Virus record (IMG/VR): IMGVR_UViG_3300045049_000270
DNA length: 64,000 nt
Reading direction: 5' to 3' (one strand)
Origin: a virus
Taxonomy: Duplodnaviria > Heunggongvirae > Uroviricota > Caudoviricetes
Shown: positions 19,835 to 30,803 of the stretch, one piece after another
How the letters are laid out: each line of letters begins with the position of its first letter
Numbering within the stretch: position 1 is the stretch's first letter
Notes under the pieces: generated by a model
Database searches by the model: none
Seen by the model: the letters and a program-made list of their open reading frames with translations, nothing else
What the model was told of the DNA's origin: nothing
Made by a program: the position numbers and the translations under genes

Positions 19835-20252
19835 TACCAAATTAAATCACCATAAAAGCCATCCCCATAAACATCAAATTAGGATGGCTTCCATCACGAT
19901 AGTCCCACCACAAATATCTAATCAATCAAAAGAAATATCACTAGCAAGAACTACTACCATCTTCTCGAATGGTAATCTATTCCTCAACGAATAATTCATG
20001 AAGGTTGAAAACTAATACTTGATAGTTGGAAACCCAGATAGAACTCATAATTTTCCCCAATTACACAGTATCCCCATCCCCTGAGGAAGAACCATCTTCA
20101 CGAATGGTATCCAATATTGTCGTTCCTCCACGAATATTCATGGGGGTTTTAAGACTATCAATTACTCATTGATAATAGGCTGTGTCTATCAAACCCAGGC
20201 AGAGGTCGTGAAATATGGCATAAATATCGGTAATCGATTTTAGGAGATTCAT

Positions 20253-20906
20253 ATGCCAACGCTTTCGGGTAAGACGCCTGCTGCTACATTTGAAACAATA
20301 CTGACAATCAACAATATTGGTGCTGGCCTTGATGGTGTCCTTCGTATTGTGGAAGATGGCAATGGCCTTCAATCTCCACTTCAACTTTCAACTAGTGCGA
20401 TAGCATTGAATGGGCAGATTTGGCCGTCTACTGGGTCGACTTCAGGCTCCTTTCTCAGAGTGAGCACCACAGCTAACACTCTTGAGTGGCATGTATTAAG
20501 TGCAACGGATATTTCAAACATCCTCGGATATACTCCAGCCAATTCAAATAGTGGTTCGTTCTCAAGCCCACTGGCGATTAAGGCGGTTACTATTGATACT
20601 CAGCAAACTGTAGTGACAACCAACACAGCTACTCCTGTATACACCTTTCAGACAACGACTGGTGGAACTGTGAAGTTTGTATGCCAGGTACATGATACTA
20701 ATTCAAATGCATACCAATCTGAGGAAATTTTGGCTGTTACTGATGGTTCGGTAGTTGATATTACTGGATTTGGTCAGGTAGTGACCCAAGGTCAGATTGG
20801 TGTTTTCGATGCGCTGATGTCTGGTTCAAATGTAGTTTTGACCTTCCAAGCAGCCAATGCATCCACAGTCAATGTAACTGTGGTAGCCAACTTCGTTACC
20901 ACTTAA
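20253..20906 (+). CDS. virion structural/appendage protein
   Basis: Shared GAGLDGxLRxxEDGxG N-module; C-terminal YTFQT...KFVCQV...YQSEEILAVTDG domain paralogous to the end of 20916. Confidence 0.75.
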   Translation: MPTLSGKTPAATFETILTINNIGAGLDGVLRIVEDGNGLQSPLQLSTSAIALNGQIWPSTGSTSGSFLRVSTTANTLEWHVLSATDISNILGYTPANSNSGSFSSPLAIKAVTIDTQQTVVTTNTATPVYTFQTTTGGTVKFVCQVHDTNSNAYQSEEILAVTDGSVVDITGFGQVVTQGQIGVFDALMSGSNVVLTFQAANASTVNVTVVANFVTT

Positions 20907-20915
20907 AGGGTTTAT

Positions 20916-22535
20916 ATGACAACAAGTACAAAAGATTTTGTAGTTTTGAATGGCTTGCAGATTGGCGGCTATATCACTTCTGTTGGTGGTTCAACTCCAA
21001 CTAATGGTCAACTGTTAATTGGTGATACCACAAATAATAGATTTTCTGTTGGATCGTTGACTGCCACTAACGGACTATCAATCACACCTAGTGCTGGATC
21101 ATTAGCGCTTACATCAAATGCAACTGATGCCAATGTTGCATCGACAATTGTTTCACGTGATGCATCGGGTAATTTTACTGCTGGTACTATCACTGCTGCT
21201 CTTGCTGGTAATGCGGCAACATCAACAAAGCTCCAGACTGCACGTACTATTAATGGAGTATCTTTTGATGGTTCAACCAACATCAGCTTTACTACTGATT
21301 CGGTAGCTGAAGGCACAACTAACTTATATTTCACGACAGCTCGCGCATCTGCTGCGGCACCCGTTCAGTCGGTCTTTGGTCGTGCTGGTAATGTTGTTCT
21401 GGCGTCATCAGACGTCACTGGTGCGCTTGGCTACACTCCAATCAACCCCAACGTCATCGGAGCAGCCAACGGCCTAGCGACGCTAGATTCAAGCGGGCAT
21501 GTGCCTATGGCTCAGATGCCACCGGCAGTAGTTGGTGGATTGAATTACCAGGGCACTTGGAATGCATCAACAAATACACCAACTTTGACATCAGGAACTG
21601 GAACAAAAGGTTGGATGTATAAAGTTTCTGTGGCTGGTACTACCAATATTGATGGTAATTCACAATGGAATGTCGGTGATATTATTGCTTTTAATGGTAC
21701 CACCTGGGATAAGATCGATGGTATTTCTTCAGAGGTGACATCAGTATTTGGTCGCACCGGCGACGTTTCATTGCTTACATCAGATATTATCTCTGCATGG
21801 GGCACGCAACCCGCCAATTCATTCCTAGCATCACCGTCAACCGGTAGTGGTTCTATTAATTTTCGTACGATCTCGCCTTCTGATCTTCCATTAGCTACCA
21901 CTTCTGCCGTTGGTGCTGTTTCAATTAGTACAGGTTTAACCGTAACTTCTGGTGTATTGACCGCAAATGTGGTTACGGTCGCCGGTAGAATAGGTAATGT
22001 TGTTCTTTCAGTCACCGATGTATCAGGTGCAGCTCCTCTAGCCAGTCCAGCCCTGACCGGTACCCCAACTGCACCAACACCTGTTGCTACTGACAATTCT
22101 ACAACTTTGGCAACAACCGCATATGTCAATACTGCTTTGACTAATGCTGGTGTCACACCAGGTGGTGGTAATGCCAGTTTTGCTAATGGTACTTTCAGTG
22201 GTTCAGTAAAGATCAAACAAAGTACATATGATACTCAACAGACATCAACATCATCCACGAGTGCATATACGATTTACTCAGTTGCTGTAACAGGTGCAAG
22301 CACTCTGAAATTTGTAGCCCAAGTAGTTGATGCATCAAATAATATCAATTCGGCCGAATTCCTCGTTATTACTGATGCGACTAATATTTGGATGACCACG
22401 TATGCCATGGTTAATTCAAATGGTAGCTTGGGAACATTCTCAGCTCAGATTTTAACAGGTACATTGCAATTGCAATTTACGCCAGCATCTACGACTGCCA
22501 TGACAGTTAAGGTTATGGCATCAATGTTGGTATAA
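20916..22535 (+). CDS. tail fibre protein
   Basis: KDFVVLNGL start, TIVSRDASGNF, ATSTKLQTARTINGVSFDGS, EGTTNLYFT, YQGTWNASTNTPTL and fibre repeats. Confidence 0.85.
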   Translation: MTTSTKDFVVLNGLQIGGYITSVGGSTPTNGQLLIGDTTNNRFSVGSLTATNGLSITPSAGSLALTSNATDANVASTIVSRDASGNFTAGTITAALAGNAATSTKLQTARTINGVSFDGSTNISFTTDSVAEGTTNLYFTTARASAAAPVQSVFGRAGNVVLASSDVTGALGYTPINPNVIGAANGLATLDSSGHVPMAQMPPAVVGGLNYQGTWNASTNTPTLTSGTGTKGWMYKVSVAGTTNIDGNSQWNVGDIIAFNGTTWDKIDGISSEVTSVFGRTGDVSLLTSDIISAWGTQPANSFLASPSTGSGSINFRTISPSDLPLATTSAVGAVSISTGLTVTSGVLTANVVTVAGRIGNVVLSVTDVSGAAPLASPALTGTPTAPTPVATDNSTTLATTAYVNTALTNAGVTPGGGNASFANGTFSGSVKIKQSTYDTQQTSTSSTSAYTIYSVAVTGASTLKFVAQVVDASNNINSAEFLVITDATNIWMTTYAMVNSNGSLGTFSAQILTGTLQLQFTPASTTAMTVKVMASMLV

Positions 22536-22565
22536 GAAAGAGCGAGCTTTAAGCTCGCTCTTTCT
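22535..22565. terminator. intrinsic terminator
   Basis: AGAAAGAGCGAGCTT-T-AAGCTCGCTCTTTCT. Confidence 0.8.
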
Positions 22566-22639
22566 ATGACTTTTATATCATTAAAGTATCAGTAAATAAA
22601 TAACTGACATTTATTACATTTGATGGAAAGGGAAATCAA

Positions 22640-23293
22640 ATGACACTCGTCAATAAAGACTTCGTTGTAAACAATGGACTACAGATTACTGGCTATCTAA
22701 CCTCTGTTGGTGGAGCTTCTCCGCTGAATGGTCAATTACTAATTGGTGATCTCACAAACAATCGTTGGTCAGTAGGTTCTCTCACTCCCACAAATGGAGC
22801 AACAGTAGCAGTGGGTGCTGGTACAATTACTATTGGTACCAATGCAACTAATGCAAATACTGCATCCACCATAGTAGCCAGAGATTCATCTGGTAATTTT
22901 TCAGCTGGTACTATTTCTGCGAATTTTAGTGGTGGTACCGTTTCCGGTACCACAGCATCTTTCACTAGTAATGTTAGTGTTGGCGGTAATTTCACGAGAT
23001 CAGTTACTAATGCCGTTGCCGCAGCTGGTACAACGCAAGCAACGGCAACGGCATTAGTTACCGATATTAATTACATCACATCTGGTACTGGTGGCGTTAT
23101 TTTACCAGCTATTAATGGTGCTACATTTTTCATTGTCAACAATAGTGGTGCCGCTATTAATGTTTACCCACCAGTAGGTGACACAATTAATTTCTTAGCC
23201 GTAAATACGGCTTTATCTATGGCTAACCAATCATCGTTACTTTGTGTTTGCATTAATACGACTTGGTTCACGGTAAATGCAACATACGCATAA
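22640..23293 (+). CDS. short fibre protein
   Basis: First about 95 aa paralogous to 20916; AAGTTQATATAL...GVILP...VYPPVG C-terminal domain. Confidence 0.8.
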   Translation: MTLVNKDFVVNNGLQITGYLTSVGGASPLNGQLLIGDLTNNRWSVGSLTPTNGATVAVGAGTITIGTNATNANTASTIVARDSSGNFSAGTISANFSGGTVSGTTASFTSNVSVGGNFTRSVTNAVAAAGTTQATATALVTDINYITSGTGGVILPAINGATFFIVNNSGAAINVYPPVGDTINFLAVNTALSMANQSSLLCVCINTTWFTVNATYA

Positions 23294-23307
23294 TAGTAGG
23301 ATTTAGA

Positions 23308-24954
23308 ATGAGTTCAGTTAAGTATTCTTTGGTTCCTGGTCAAGTACCAGCACCTAGCCAAATGCAAGATAACGATATTGCCATCAATAATGCTGATGGT
23401 GCGTTGTATATCGTCAAAGTCAATGGTAGCTCCCGTCAGGTTATTCCGATTGGCGGAGTATCATCTTTTAATAATCGTGTTGGTATCATAACACTAACAT
23501 CTAACGATGTATCTGGTGCTTTAGGTTATGTGCCAGTCGGTTCAGCTTCACCTGCATTTACTGGTACACCAACCGCACCTACTGCAACGGCAGGTTCCAA
23601 TTCAGCACAAATTGCAACCACTGCATTTGTTGCAAATGCGTTAGCCAACTTTACGGTTCCACCACCACAAGTATCTTTAGCTTCTTTAACTGATGTTTCG
23701 GTAACTGAGGGTGCAGGAATTGATGGATATGTTCTAAGTTACAGTGCTGGTCAAATAAAATGGATTGCAAAACACTTGGCTACGGTGGCAACATCTGGTT
23801 CATATACTGATTTGACAAATACTCCGGTACTTGCCGCGGTGGCAACATCTGGATCATATGCTGACTTAACGAATAAACCAGCACCATATACGTTGCCGGT
23901 CGCAACCACCAGTGTGCTTGGTGGTGTTAAGGCAGGTACGGGTGTCACGATTGCTTCGGACGGCACATTGACTGTTAGCGCTTCCTATACACTAGCTGGA
24001 TTAGCTGATGTTTCAGTGACCGAAGGTCCAGCCATTAATAATGACGCCTTAACATTTAATTCATCTACTAGTAAATGGCAAGCTACTGGTTTAGCTACGG
24101 TGGCGTTTTCTGGTAAATATTCTGATCTAATTAATGCGCCAGTATCAACTGTAACATCTTTCAATAATAGAACAGGGACAGTTTCACTTACCGCTACTGA
24201 TGTAACCAATGTTGGAGGAGCATTGCTTGCGTCCCCAGCATTTTCTGGCATACCGACCGCTCCTACAGCCACTGCCGGAACAAGCACCACACAACTCGCA
24301 ACCACTGCATTCGTGGCAAATGCAATTACAGCATCCGGTGGAGTAACATCATTCAACACTAGGACTGGTGCAGTCACATTGACTACGACAGATGTCACAA
24401 ATGCATTAGGTTATACGCCGGCGACTAAGACGTCACAGTTGACAAACGATAGTGGTTTCATCACTAGTTCGGCATTGACTGGGTATGCACCATTAGCATC
24501 ACCTGGCTTCACTGGAGCTCCTACGGCACCAACAGCGACAGCTGGTACGAATACGACGCAACTCGCAACAACTGCTTTTGTAACAACTGCTGTGAGTGGT
24601 GTTGCTGGTGGCGCCGCCGTGATTTCTAATACATATACTATTAATAGCAATACTAGTTTCTCAGTTCCAGCACCTTTCGTGGTTAGTTGGCTTGTTATTC
24701 AAAATCATAATTCAACAGCTTCTGCCACCGTGACTGTTGGCAAAACTAATGGCGGCTCGGAATATTATTCAGTTGGTTCAATTCCTGCACAAAGTTCCGC
24801 TATCATTCCAGCGGAAAAAATGGCTTCAATTATTGGAAATGTTGATTCCGCAACATCACAGTCATTCTTTGTCAATCAGTCAAGTTGGTCTAATGTTTTG
24901 ATTGTGACTTATGTCACACAGCGACTACTTTTAGCATCATACTTTGGTCAATAA
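23308..24954 (+). CDS. tail fibre protein
   Basis: IAINNADGALY N-terminus and fibre repeats; ATG 23308 has an AGGA SD (ORF track start is 23263). Confidence 0.8.
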   Translation: MSSVKYSLVPGQVPAPSQMQDNDIAINNADGALYIVKVNGSSRQVIPIGGVSSFNNRVGIITLTSNDVSGALGYVPVGSASPAFTGTPTAPTATAGSNSAQIATTAFVANALANFTVPPPQVSLASLTDVSVTEGAGIDGYVLSYSAGQIKWIAKHLATVATSGSYTDLTNTPVLAAVATSGSYADLTNKPAPYTLPVATTSVLGGVKAGTGVTIASDGTLTVSASYTLAGLADVSVTEGPAINNDALTFNSSTSKWQATGLATVAFSGKYSDLINAPVSTVTSFNNRTGTVSLTATDVTNVGGALLASPAFSGIPTAPTATAGTSTTQLATTAFVANAITASGGVTSFNTRTGAVTLTTTDVTNALGYTPATKTSQLTNDSGFITSSALTGYAPLASPGFTGAPTAPTATAGTNTTQLATTAFVTTAVSGVAGGAAVISNTYTINSNTSFSVPAPFVVSWLVIQNHNSTASATVTVGKTNGGSEYYSVGSIPAQSSAIIPAEKMASIIGNVDSATSQSFFVNQSSWSNVLIVTYVTQRLLLASYFGQ

Positions 24955-24992
24955 TCAATAATTGATTTCGTAACTTTTTGTAAGTTAAAGTG

Positions 24993-25022
24993 TAAGGTCC
25001 CGATATAAATATCGGGACCTTA
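24993..25022 (+). promoter_or_regulatory. late promoter TATAAATA (25004-25011) centred in a 14-bp-arm inverted repeat
   Basis: TAAGGTCCCGATAT-AA-ATATCGGGACCTTA. Confidence 0.7.
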
Positions 25023-25038
25023 TTCTTAGGAGTCAATC

Positions 25039-25503
25039 ATGGGTGTAGTAACAGATGCAGTAAGTGACGCGGCTAGTGTTGCAATGAAAGCCAATCCAAT
25101 AACTGGTATTTTTACTAATATCAAGCTTTACCTAACGATTTTTGTGATTGGAGTTTCAGTAGCTGGGTTTTTTGGCGTGCGCTGGTATTTGGGTCACGAA
25201 CAAGCAAAGATTGATGCATTAAATCAGAAGTTGGCAGCACAGCAAATTGCCATCACACAGCAAGCACAAGCACAAGCGCTGATGCAAAGTGATTTAGCAC
25301 AATTGAAGTTATTGACAGATGATTACAATAAGCAAATTGCACAAATTCGTATGAATTCAAATCATGTGACAACTATGTTCAATAGCCAGCAATACCAGAA
25401 CCTGGTGAAGTCACAGCCTACGCAAGCAGAAAGTCAGATCAATACTGACGTTAATCAACTTTTTCAGGATGTAAATGATGCGTCTCGTAAGCCAGCTCAG
25501 TAA
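25039..25503 (+). CDS. i-spanin (Rz-like)
   Basis: Single N-proximal TM segment (LYLTIFVIGVSVAGFFGV) followed by a Q-rich coiled coil; overlaps a lipoprotein gene. Confidence 0.75.
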   Translation: MGVVTDAVSDAASVAMKANPITGIFTNIKLYLTIFVIGVSVAGFFGVRWYLGHEQAKIDALNQKLAAQQIAITQQAQAQALMQSDLAQLKLLTDDYNKQIAQIRMNSNHVTTMFNSQQYQNLVKSQPTQAESQINTDVNQLFQDVNDASRKPAQ

Positions 25504-25882
25504 GCTTGTTGTTATTGGTGTGTTTGCTTTTCTGGCTGGATGCGCAACGCAACCGCCGATTGTAACGTCGAATATTGTGAAGCCACCACCAGTTTCCATT
25601 CCGGTGCCAACACCAACGAACCTACAGAATATGAAGTACCAGTTGTTGACTGGGCAAACCTTGCCAACATTCCAGGCAGCAATCGCCACGAACCCAGCAG
25701 CACAGTTTTATGTACTTGACCGAACCAATATGGAAATAATGATTTCCAATGTACAGGAACTACGCCGTTACATTCTTGAACAACAGGCGACTATTACTTA
25801 TTTGGGAAATGTGTTAAAGTCACAGCAGAATGATCCTTCCTCTTCTGGCAAGGATGCCACTGCTACTAACCAGACCAAATGA
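25475..25882 (+). CDS. o-spanin (Rz1-like lipoprotein)
   Basis: Lipobox FLAG-C, Pro-rich linker, overlaps the i-spanin 3' end. Confidence 0.75.
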   Translation: MMRLVSQLSKLVVIGVFAFLAGCATQPPIVTSNIVKPPPVSIPVPTPTNLQNMKYQLLTGQTLPTFQAAIATNPAAQFYVLDRTNMEIMISNVQELRRYILEQQATITYLGNVLKSQQNDPSSSGKDATATNQTK

Positions 25883-26883
25883 AAAAAGATGCGTATGAAG
25901 TCCTGGGGGTATCCAGGACTGCCACAGATGACGAAATCAAGAAAGCTTATCGCAAACTTCGGACGAAGTGGCATCCGGATCATAACAAAGGTACCGAAAC
26001 GGTAGCTGAAGTTCAGTTCAAGGAAGTCCAGCTTGCGTTTGAATCTATTGAAACCGCCGAAAAACGTTCGTTGTATAACGCCAAGAATTTTAGTGGTTAT
26101 TCGTCGTCAAGTTCCAATTCTGGGCGCGGACAATCATACGATTGGGAAGAAATATTCAAACGCGCCGCCGATAAATCGACAAATACACGCAAAAACTATT
26201 ATGATTCGAGCGATAAGTCTCGCTACGACTTTGATGATGGCAAATATCGAGAATATCGATATGACCCCAACGAAGATAACTGGTATGATGAAAATCGTAG
26301 TAGTTGGAAGTCGACTGACGACTGGATGAACGAAACCATCAACCGTTCGAAGTATGAAAATTGGTCTCCTGAAAATGAACATGCTCACTTCGATCTGGAG
26401 ATTTCACTAGAAGATGCGTTCACTGGTAAACAAATCACGCTATCATATATGATCGATGGCGAACCTCGATCAGTATTGTTGAATATTCCTGCTGGTATTG
26501 ATTCTGGTAAGAAAATCCGTTGTTCTGCTGCTGGTTCTAGACTGAACAAGAATAAGACTGCTGGCGACCTTTACGTTCATATTACTGTGAATGATAGTAT
26601 CAAGTTTACGCGAGATGGTCGAAACTTGATTCAAAAGAAGCAAGTGAACGTTCTCGATTTATTGGCAGGTTCACAAGTTCGAGTTAGTACCATCGATGGC
26701 ACCGATTTCGATGTCACAATTCGCCCTGGTACTAAGCCAGGAACTCGAATCCGCATTCCTGGCTATGGCATGTCAGTGCTCAACAGCAAAGATCGCGGTG
26801 ATTTCTTCATTGAAATCGAAATGGAATGGCCAGCAAATGTTCACCAAGAAGTGATCGACGCTATCAAGAATCATAAGGCTTGA
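25879..26883 (+). CDS. dnaJ: DnaJ-family co-chaperone (class B, no Zn finger)
   Basis: YEVLGV...IKKAYRKL...WHPDHN J-domain; ISLEDAFTG, IPAGIDSG, GDLYV C-terminal domain. Confidence 0.92.
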   Translation: MKKDAYEVLGVSRTATDDEIKKAYRKLRTKWHPDHNKGTETVAEVQFKEVQLAFESIETAEKRSLYNAKNFSGYSSSSSNSGRGQSYDWEEIFKRAADKSTNTRKNYYDSSDKSRYDFDDGKYREYRYDPNEDNWYDENRSSWKSTDDWMNETINRSKYENWSPENEHAHFDLEISLEDAFTGKQITLSYMIDGEPRSVLLNIPAGIDSGKKIRCSAAGSRLNKNKTAGDLYVHITVNDSIKFTRDGRNLIQKKQVNVLDLLAGSQVRVSTIDGTDFDVTIRPGTKPGTRIRIPGYGMSVLNSKDRGDFFIEIEMEWPANVHQEVIDAIKNHKA

Positions 26884-26937
26884 CTTTATTTCCAACGATG
26901 TAATCATCTGGTGTGAACTGATTACATCGGAGGGACC

Positions 26938-27291
26938 ATGCGAATAATTGCACTGAGCTTACTACTTGTAAGTTGTTCTGCCTTTTCTCAATCAGCTCAA
27001 GTTCTTGAATGTGCTGGCTATGTTCAGAAAATTGACGAGGCCATCATGGATGCTGACAATCAGCTTCATGACCTTCAGGTGGGTGTAAAGAAGGACAATA
27101 CTATACCTTTTGAAGAAGTGGCGAACATTCGTCAAGAAATTTGGCAAGCCACTATCACAGAAAGATTTGACATTCGACATATAACACATCTAGGCAATGT
27201 GCCAAATTGTGCTACAATAGCGGAAAGCGCAATCAATAAAGTGCGCGCTATATTAGATAGCCATTTGACGAATGCTCAAATTAGTAGATGA
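26938..27291 (+). CDS. hypothetical exported protein
   Basis: Signal-peptide-like MRIIALSLLLVSCSAFS; GGAGG SD. Confidence 0.6.
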   Translation: MRIIALSLLLVSCSAFSQSAQVLECAGYVQKIDEAIMDADNQLHDLQVGVKKDNTIPFEEVANIRQEIWQATITERFDIRHITHLGNVPNCATIAESAINKVRAILDSHLTNAQISR

Positions 27292-27775
27292 GAATCAAGC
27301 GGTTCTAAAACAAAAGACCACACCATATTTGTTCGAGGATAGCGAAACAGAACGCAGAGACCTCGAATCTCAAATGATTGGGACCATGCTTGCTAACAAC
27401 GGTATTGGTCTTGCTGCTCCCCAAGTTGGATTGCGTAAACGCTTCTTCGTCATGCAGAAGCAAGATGGCACGTTCATCACGTGTTATAATCCTGAAATAA
27501 TTTCAATATCAGAAGAAATCGAATCCGACACAGAAGGTTGTCTGAGTTTTCCTCTGCTATATCTAAAGGTTACGCGGCCGTTACAAATAACTGGCAAATA
27601 CCAAAACACAACTGGCAATATTGTTGTAGAATTGTTTAAGGGTATCGATGCAAGATGTTTCATGCACGAACTTGAACATCTAGATGGTGTGGTGTTTACA
27701 TCTAAAGTAGGTGCAGCATCGCTGCAAATTGCAAGACAGCGCCAAAGCAAATTAAAGAGGACCAAGCGCATATGA
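27272..27775 (+). CDS. def: peptide deformylase
   Basis: GIGLAAPQVG, EGCLSFP and HELEHLDG motifs. Confidence 0.95.
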   Translation: MLKLVDENQAVLKQKTTPYLFEDSETERRDLESQMIGTMLANNGIGLAAPQVGLRKRFFVMQKQDGTFITCYNPEIISISEEIESDTEGCLSFPLLYLKVTRPLQITGKYQNTTGNIVVELFKGIDARCFMHELEHLDGVVFTSKVGAASLQIARQRQSKLKRTKRI

Positions 27776-30084
27776 GTAATAACGATCTGAACATGAATGA
27801 CATCTCGCGAGTGCTGAGCGTCGCTTACAATCTCGCGGTGAAACTCAGTCATGAATATATCACGCTTGAGCATTTGCTCCAGGCAATGATAGTTGAGCCT
27901 GATGTAATCAAGATGATTCAGGAATTGAATGGTGACACTGCGGCAATTAACGAACGGCTTGAACAATTTTTTGATCAGGGAATGGTTCCGTCGATCAATA
28001 ATCAAGATCCGATCGAAACTGACACGCTGAAGCAAGTGGTGCAGCAAACGGTTGCCCGCGTAATTTTCAGTAGTCGCAAAGATGTTCGTTCAGTCGATCT
28101 CATCATCAGCATGCTGCAACAAGATAACAGCTATGCTTCACAATTCCTGCACGAACAAGGAATCACGCTTGACCTTGTAAAGGAATATCTGTCACACGGT
28201 ACGAATGGTACTGGTGGATCACCTGCTGGAGGTCGGGCACCTGCTGGTATGGATGGAAGCCAACAAGTTCAAATCAAGTCGAAGGAAGATGCCATTGCGT
28301 TCCTTGGTCAATACACCAAGAATCTCAATGATCTAGCCGCAGAAGGCAAACTTGATCCGATGATTGGACGTGAAGATGAAGTTGATCAATTGGTTGTGAT
28401 CACCGCTCGTCGTAGCAAGAACAATGGTGTTCTAGTTGGCGAGCCTGGTGTTGGTAAGACTGCCATTGCAGAAGGCTTGGCCCTGAAGATCATCAACAAA
28501 GAAGTTCCAGAAGTTCTGCATAATTCGACGGTTTACAGCTTGGATATTGGTGCGTTGGTTGCTGGTACCAAGTTCCGTGGTGACTTCGAAGAACGCATGA
28601 AGAACATTCTGAAGGCACTTGAATTTATTGACGAGCCCATTCTGTTCATTGACGAAATCCACATGATCATGGGCGCTGGTAGCGGTTCCCAAGGTTCGAT
28701 GGATGTGGCGAATCTCTTGAAGCCAGCACTTGCTCGTGGCAAACTTCGAGTTATTGGTAGTACAACATTCGAAGAATTCCGCAAGCATTTCGAAAAGGAT
28801 CGTGCTTTGTTGCGTCGTTTCCAGAAGGTTATGGTCAACGAACCAACAGTTGAAGAAGCGAAGCTTATTCTTCGTGGGGTGCAATCACGTTTCGAAGAAC
28901 ATCATGGCGTCAAGTATACGCCTGAGGCCATTGACAAGGCAGTTGAACTGACACATCAATACGTTCACAATCAATTCCTTCCTGACAAAGCATTTGATGC
29001 CATCGATGCGGCGGGTGCTCGAGATCGTGCTCGTGGTGAAGAAAAGCGTTTGCGCGTGATTGATGTTGAACAAATCATGTTCGAAGTCAGTAAGCTGGCA
29101 AAGATTCCGCAACAAAACGTGGCTGATGATGAAGTGTCAAAGCTGCGTTTGCTTGAACCGAATATGCACAAGAATGTATTTGGTCAAGAGCCAGCAATCA
29201 AGGCACTAACTAATGCTGTTTATATGTCTCGAGCTGGTCTGCGTGAAGACAACAAACCGGCAGGTGTCTATCTGTTCGTTGGTCCGACTGGTGTTGGCAA
29301 GACTGAAATGGCACGAACACTTGCTGATACGTTGAACATTCCTCTGGTCAAATTCGATATGTCGGAATACATGGAACAACATACGGTGTCGAAGCTGATT
29401 GGTTCGCCTCCTGGTTATGTTGGTCATGGTGAAGGTGGTGCAGGTTCTGGTTTGCTGACCAATGCGATTGAGCAGTCACCAAATTGTGTATTGTTGCTTG
29501 ATGAAATCGAGAAAGCACATCCAAATATCTTCAATGTGTTGTTGCAAGTGTTTGATGATGCCAAACTTACAAATAGTAATGGCAAAACCGTGCATTTCAA
29601 TAACGTCTATGTTATCATGACGTCAAATGCTGGCGCATCGGCAATGGCACAAACGTCGGTTGGTTTTGCGACAAATACTCGCACAACGGAAATGGACAAG
29701 GCAGTGGAGAAGATGTTCACTCCCGAATTCCGTAATCGTCTTGATGCTGTAGTTAAGTTCTCGCGTCTGCAATCTATTCATATGATCAGTATTGTCCAGA
29801 AATTCTTGAAGGTTACGACTGAAAAGGCCTTCAAGAAGGGTATCAAGTTGACAGTTACTCCGGATGCAATGTCCGAACTGGCGACACTGGGCTATGACCC
29901 GCTCATGGGGGCACGTCCGCTTGCTCGCGTGATCGATGAAAAGGTCAAGCAACCGCTATCTCGTGAAATTCTTTTCGGTAACCATACTGAAGGAACTGAG
30001 TTACAAGTTGCTCTGGTCGATGGTGAAGTTGTTGTTAAAGTTGCCGAAACGACAACAACAAAGGAACCAACTGAGGTGGTTTAA
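27772..30084 (+). CDS. clpA: ATP-dependent Clp protease ATP-binding subunit ClpA
   Basis: [11 protein letters not shown]-domain; two AAA+ modules ([14 protein letters not shown] and [18 protein letters not shown]); VGF ClpP-docking loop; no ClpB middle domain. Confidence 0.93.
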   Translation: MSNNDLNMNDISRVLSVAYNLAVKLSHEYITLEHLLQAMIVEPDVIKMIQELNGDTAAINERLEQFFDQGMVPSINNQDPIETDTLKQVVQQTVARVIFSSRKDVRSVDLIISMLQQDNSYASQFLHEQGITLDLVKEYLSHGTNGTGGSPAGGRAPAGMDGSQQVQIKSKEDAIAFLGQYTKNLNDLAAEGKLDPMIGREDEVDQLVVITARRSKNNGVLVGEPGVGKTAIAEGLALKIINKEVPEVLHNSTVYSLDIGALVAGTKFRGDFEERMKNILKALEFIDEPILFIDEIHMIMGAGSGSQGSMDVANLLKPALARGKLRVIGSTTFEEFRKHFEKDRALLRRFQKVMVNEPTVEEAKLILRGVQSRFEEHHGVKYTPEAIDKAVELTHQYVHNQFLPDKAFDAIDAAGARDRARGEEKRLRVIDVEQIMFEVSKLAKIPQQNVADDEVSKLRLLEPNMHKNVFGQEPAIKALTNAVYMSRAGLREDNKPAGVYLFVGPTGVGKTEMARTLADTLNIPLVKFDMSEYMEQHTVSKLIGSPPGYVGHGEGGAGSGLLTNAIEQSPNCVLLLDEIEKAHPNIFNVLLQVFDDAKLTNSNGKTVHFNNVYVIMTSNAGASAMAQTSVGFATNTRTTEMDKAVEKMFTPEFRNRLDAVVKFSRLQSIHMISIVQKFLKVTTEKAFKKGIKLTVTPDAMSELATLGYDPLMGARPLARVIDEKVKQPLSREILFGNHTEGTELQVALVDGEVVVKVAETTTTKEPTEVV

Positions 30085-30149
30085 GCAGCACAAGGGAAGT
30101 AGGCAGTAACTAAACATTAGACTGAACACACGAGTGGCTTAGACCACTC

Positions 30150-30803
30150 GTGTTTGAATTCAGCGTGCAGTTTTATGAAGTAATGGCAACTAATTCGCAA
30201 TATCCTGTAAAAACAATCTCACGTCTGTTTTGGAACAAGTATTCATTTAAAGTTGTAGTCCTAACAAAATCCACGTTTTCCTCGTGGAGAGATGAATCTA
30301 AACGCAATCGAGAGTTGATTTCGATTTTGCGTCATTGTCCTGAAGTAACAGACACATCTTGGCGGTATATCTCAAATTATGATAATGTGGTGCTGTTTTT
30401 TGAACAGCAAGTAGACTTCGACCACTTTATCGAAAAATATAAGGGCAATATTCGGGAGGTATGGAAACCAGTATGTAATGAACAAACGAAACTGTTGAAT
30501 GATGATCACAAACTGGTGGTTCGTGATAAGTTGTTTTTCAGTAAATTCGATTGGTGCGTTACATTCCAATTAGTTGATAGCATAGCAAGGGCCGATATAC
30601 GAGATTGGACTGAAGGTTTTTTCGAAATTCATGATGGTCCACTAAGTACTGAACGCTTGCATTATAGCGATGGCCGGCATATCAAACTTTATTTGTGTGA
30701 TGAATCAGATGTTCTAATGGTAAAACTTGCACAAAGTGGACGTATTCGTAAAATTGAAAAGGTAGTATTGACTGAAACACTTATTACAGAGACACCAGAA
30801 TGA
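30150..30803 (+). CDS. hypothetical protein with two FKL-like modules (likely start 30183)
   Basis: LFFEQQVDFDHF and KLYLCDESDVLMVKLA. Confidence 0.7.
   Translation: MFEFSVQFYEVMATNSQYPVKTISRLFWNKYSFKVVVLTKSTFSSWRDESKRNRELISILRHCPEVTDTSWRYISNYDNVVLFFEQQVDFDHFIEKYKGNIREVWKPVCNEQTKLLNDDHKLVVRDKLFFSKFDWCVTFQLVDSIARADIRDWTEGFFEIHDGPLSTERLHYSDGRHIKLYLCDESDVLMVKLAQSGRIRKIEKVVLTETLITETPE

Noticed and set aside
2596-24954. Diversity-generating retroelement or invertase shufflon acting on the fibre genes
   Set aside because: No reverse transcriptase or recombinase in the window; shared segments differ at synonymous positions of all bases rather than only at adenines; all fibre genes are co-oriented
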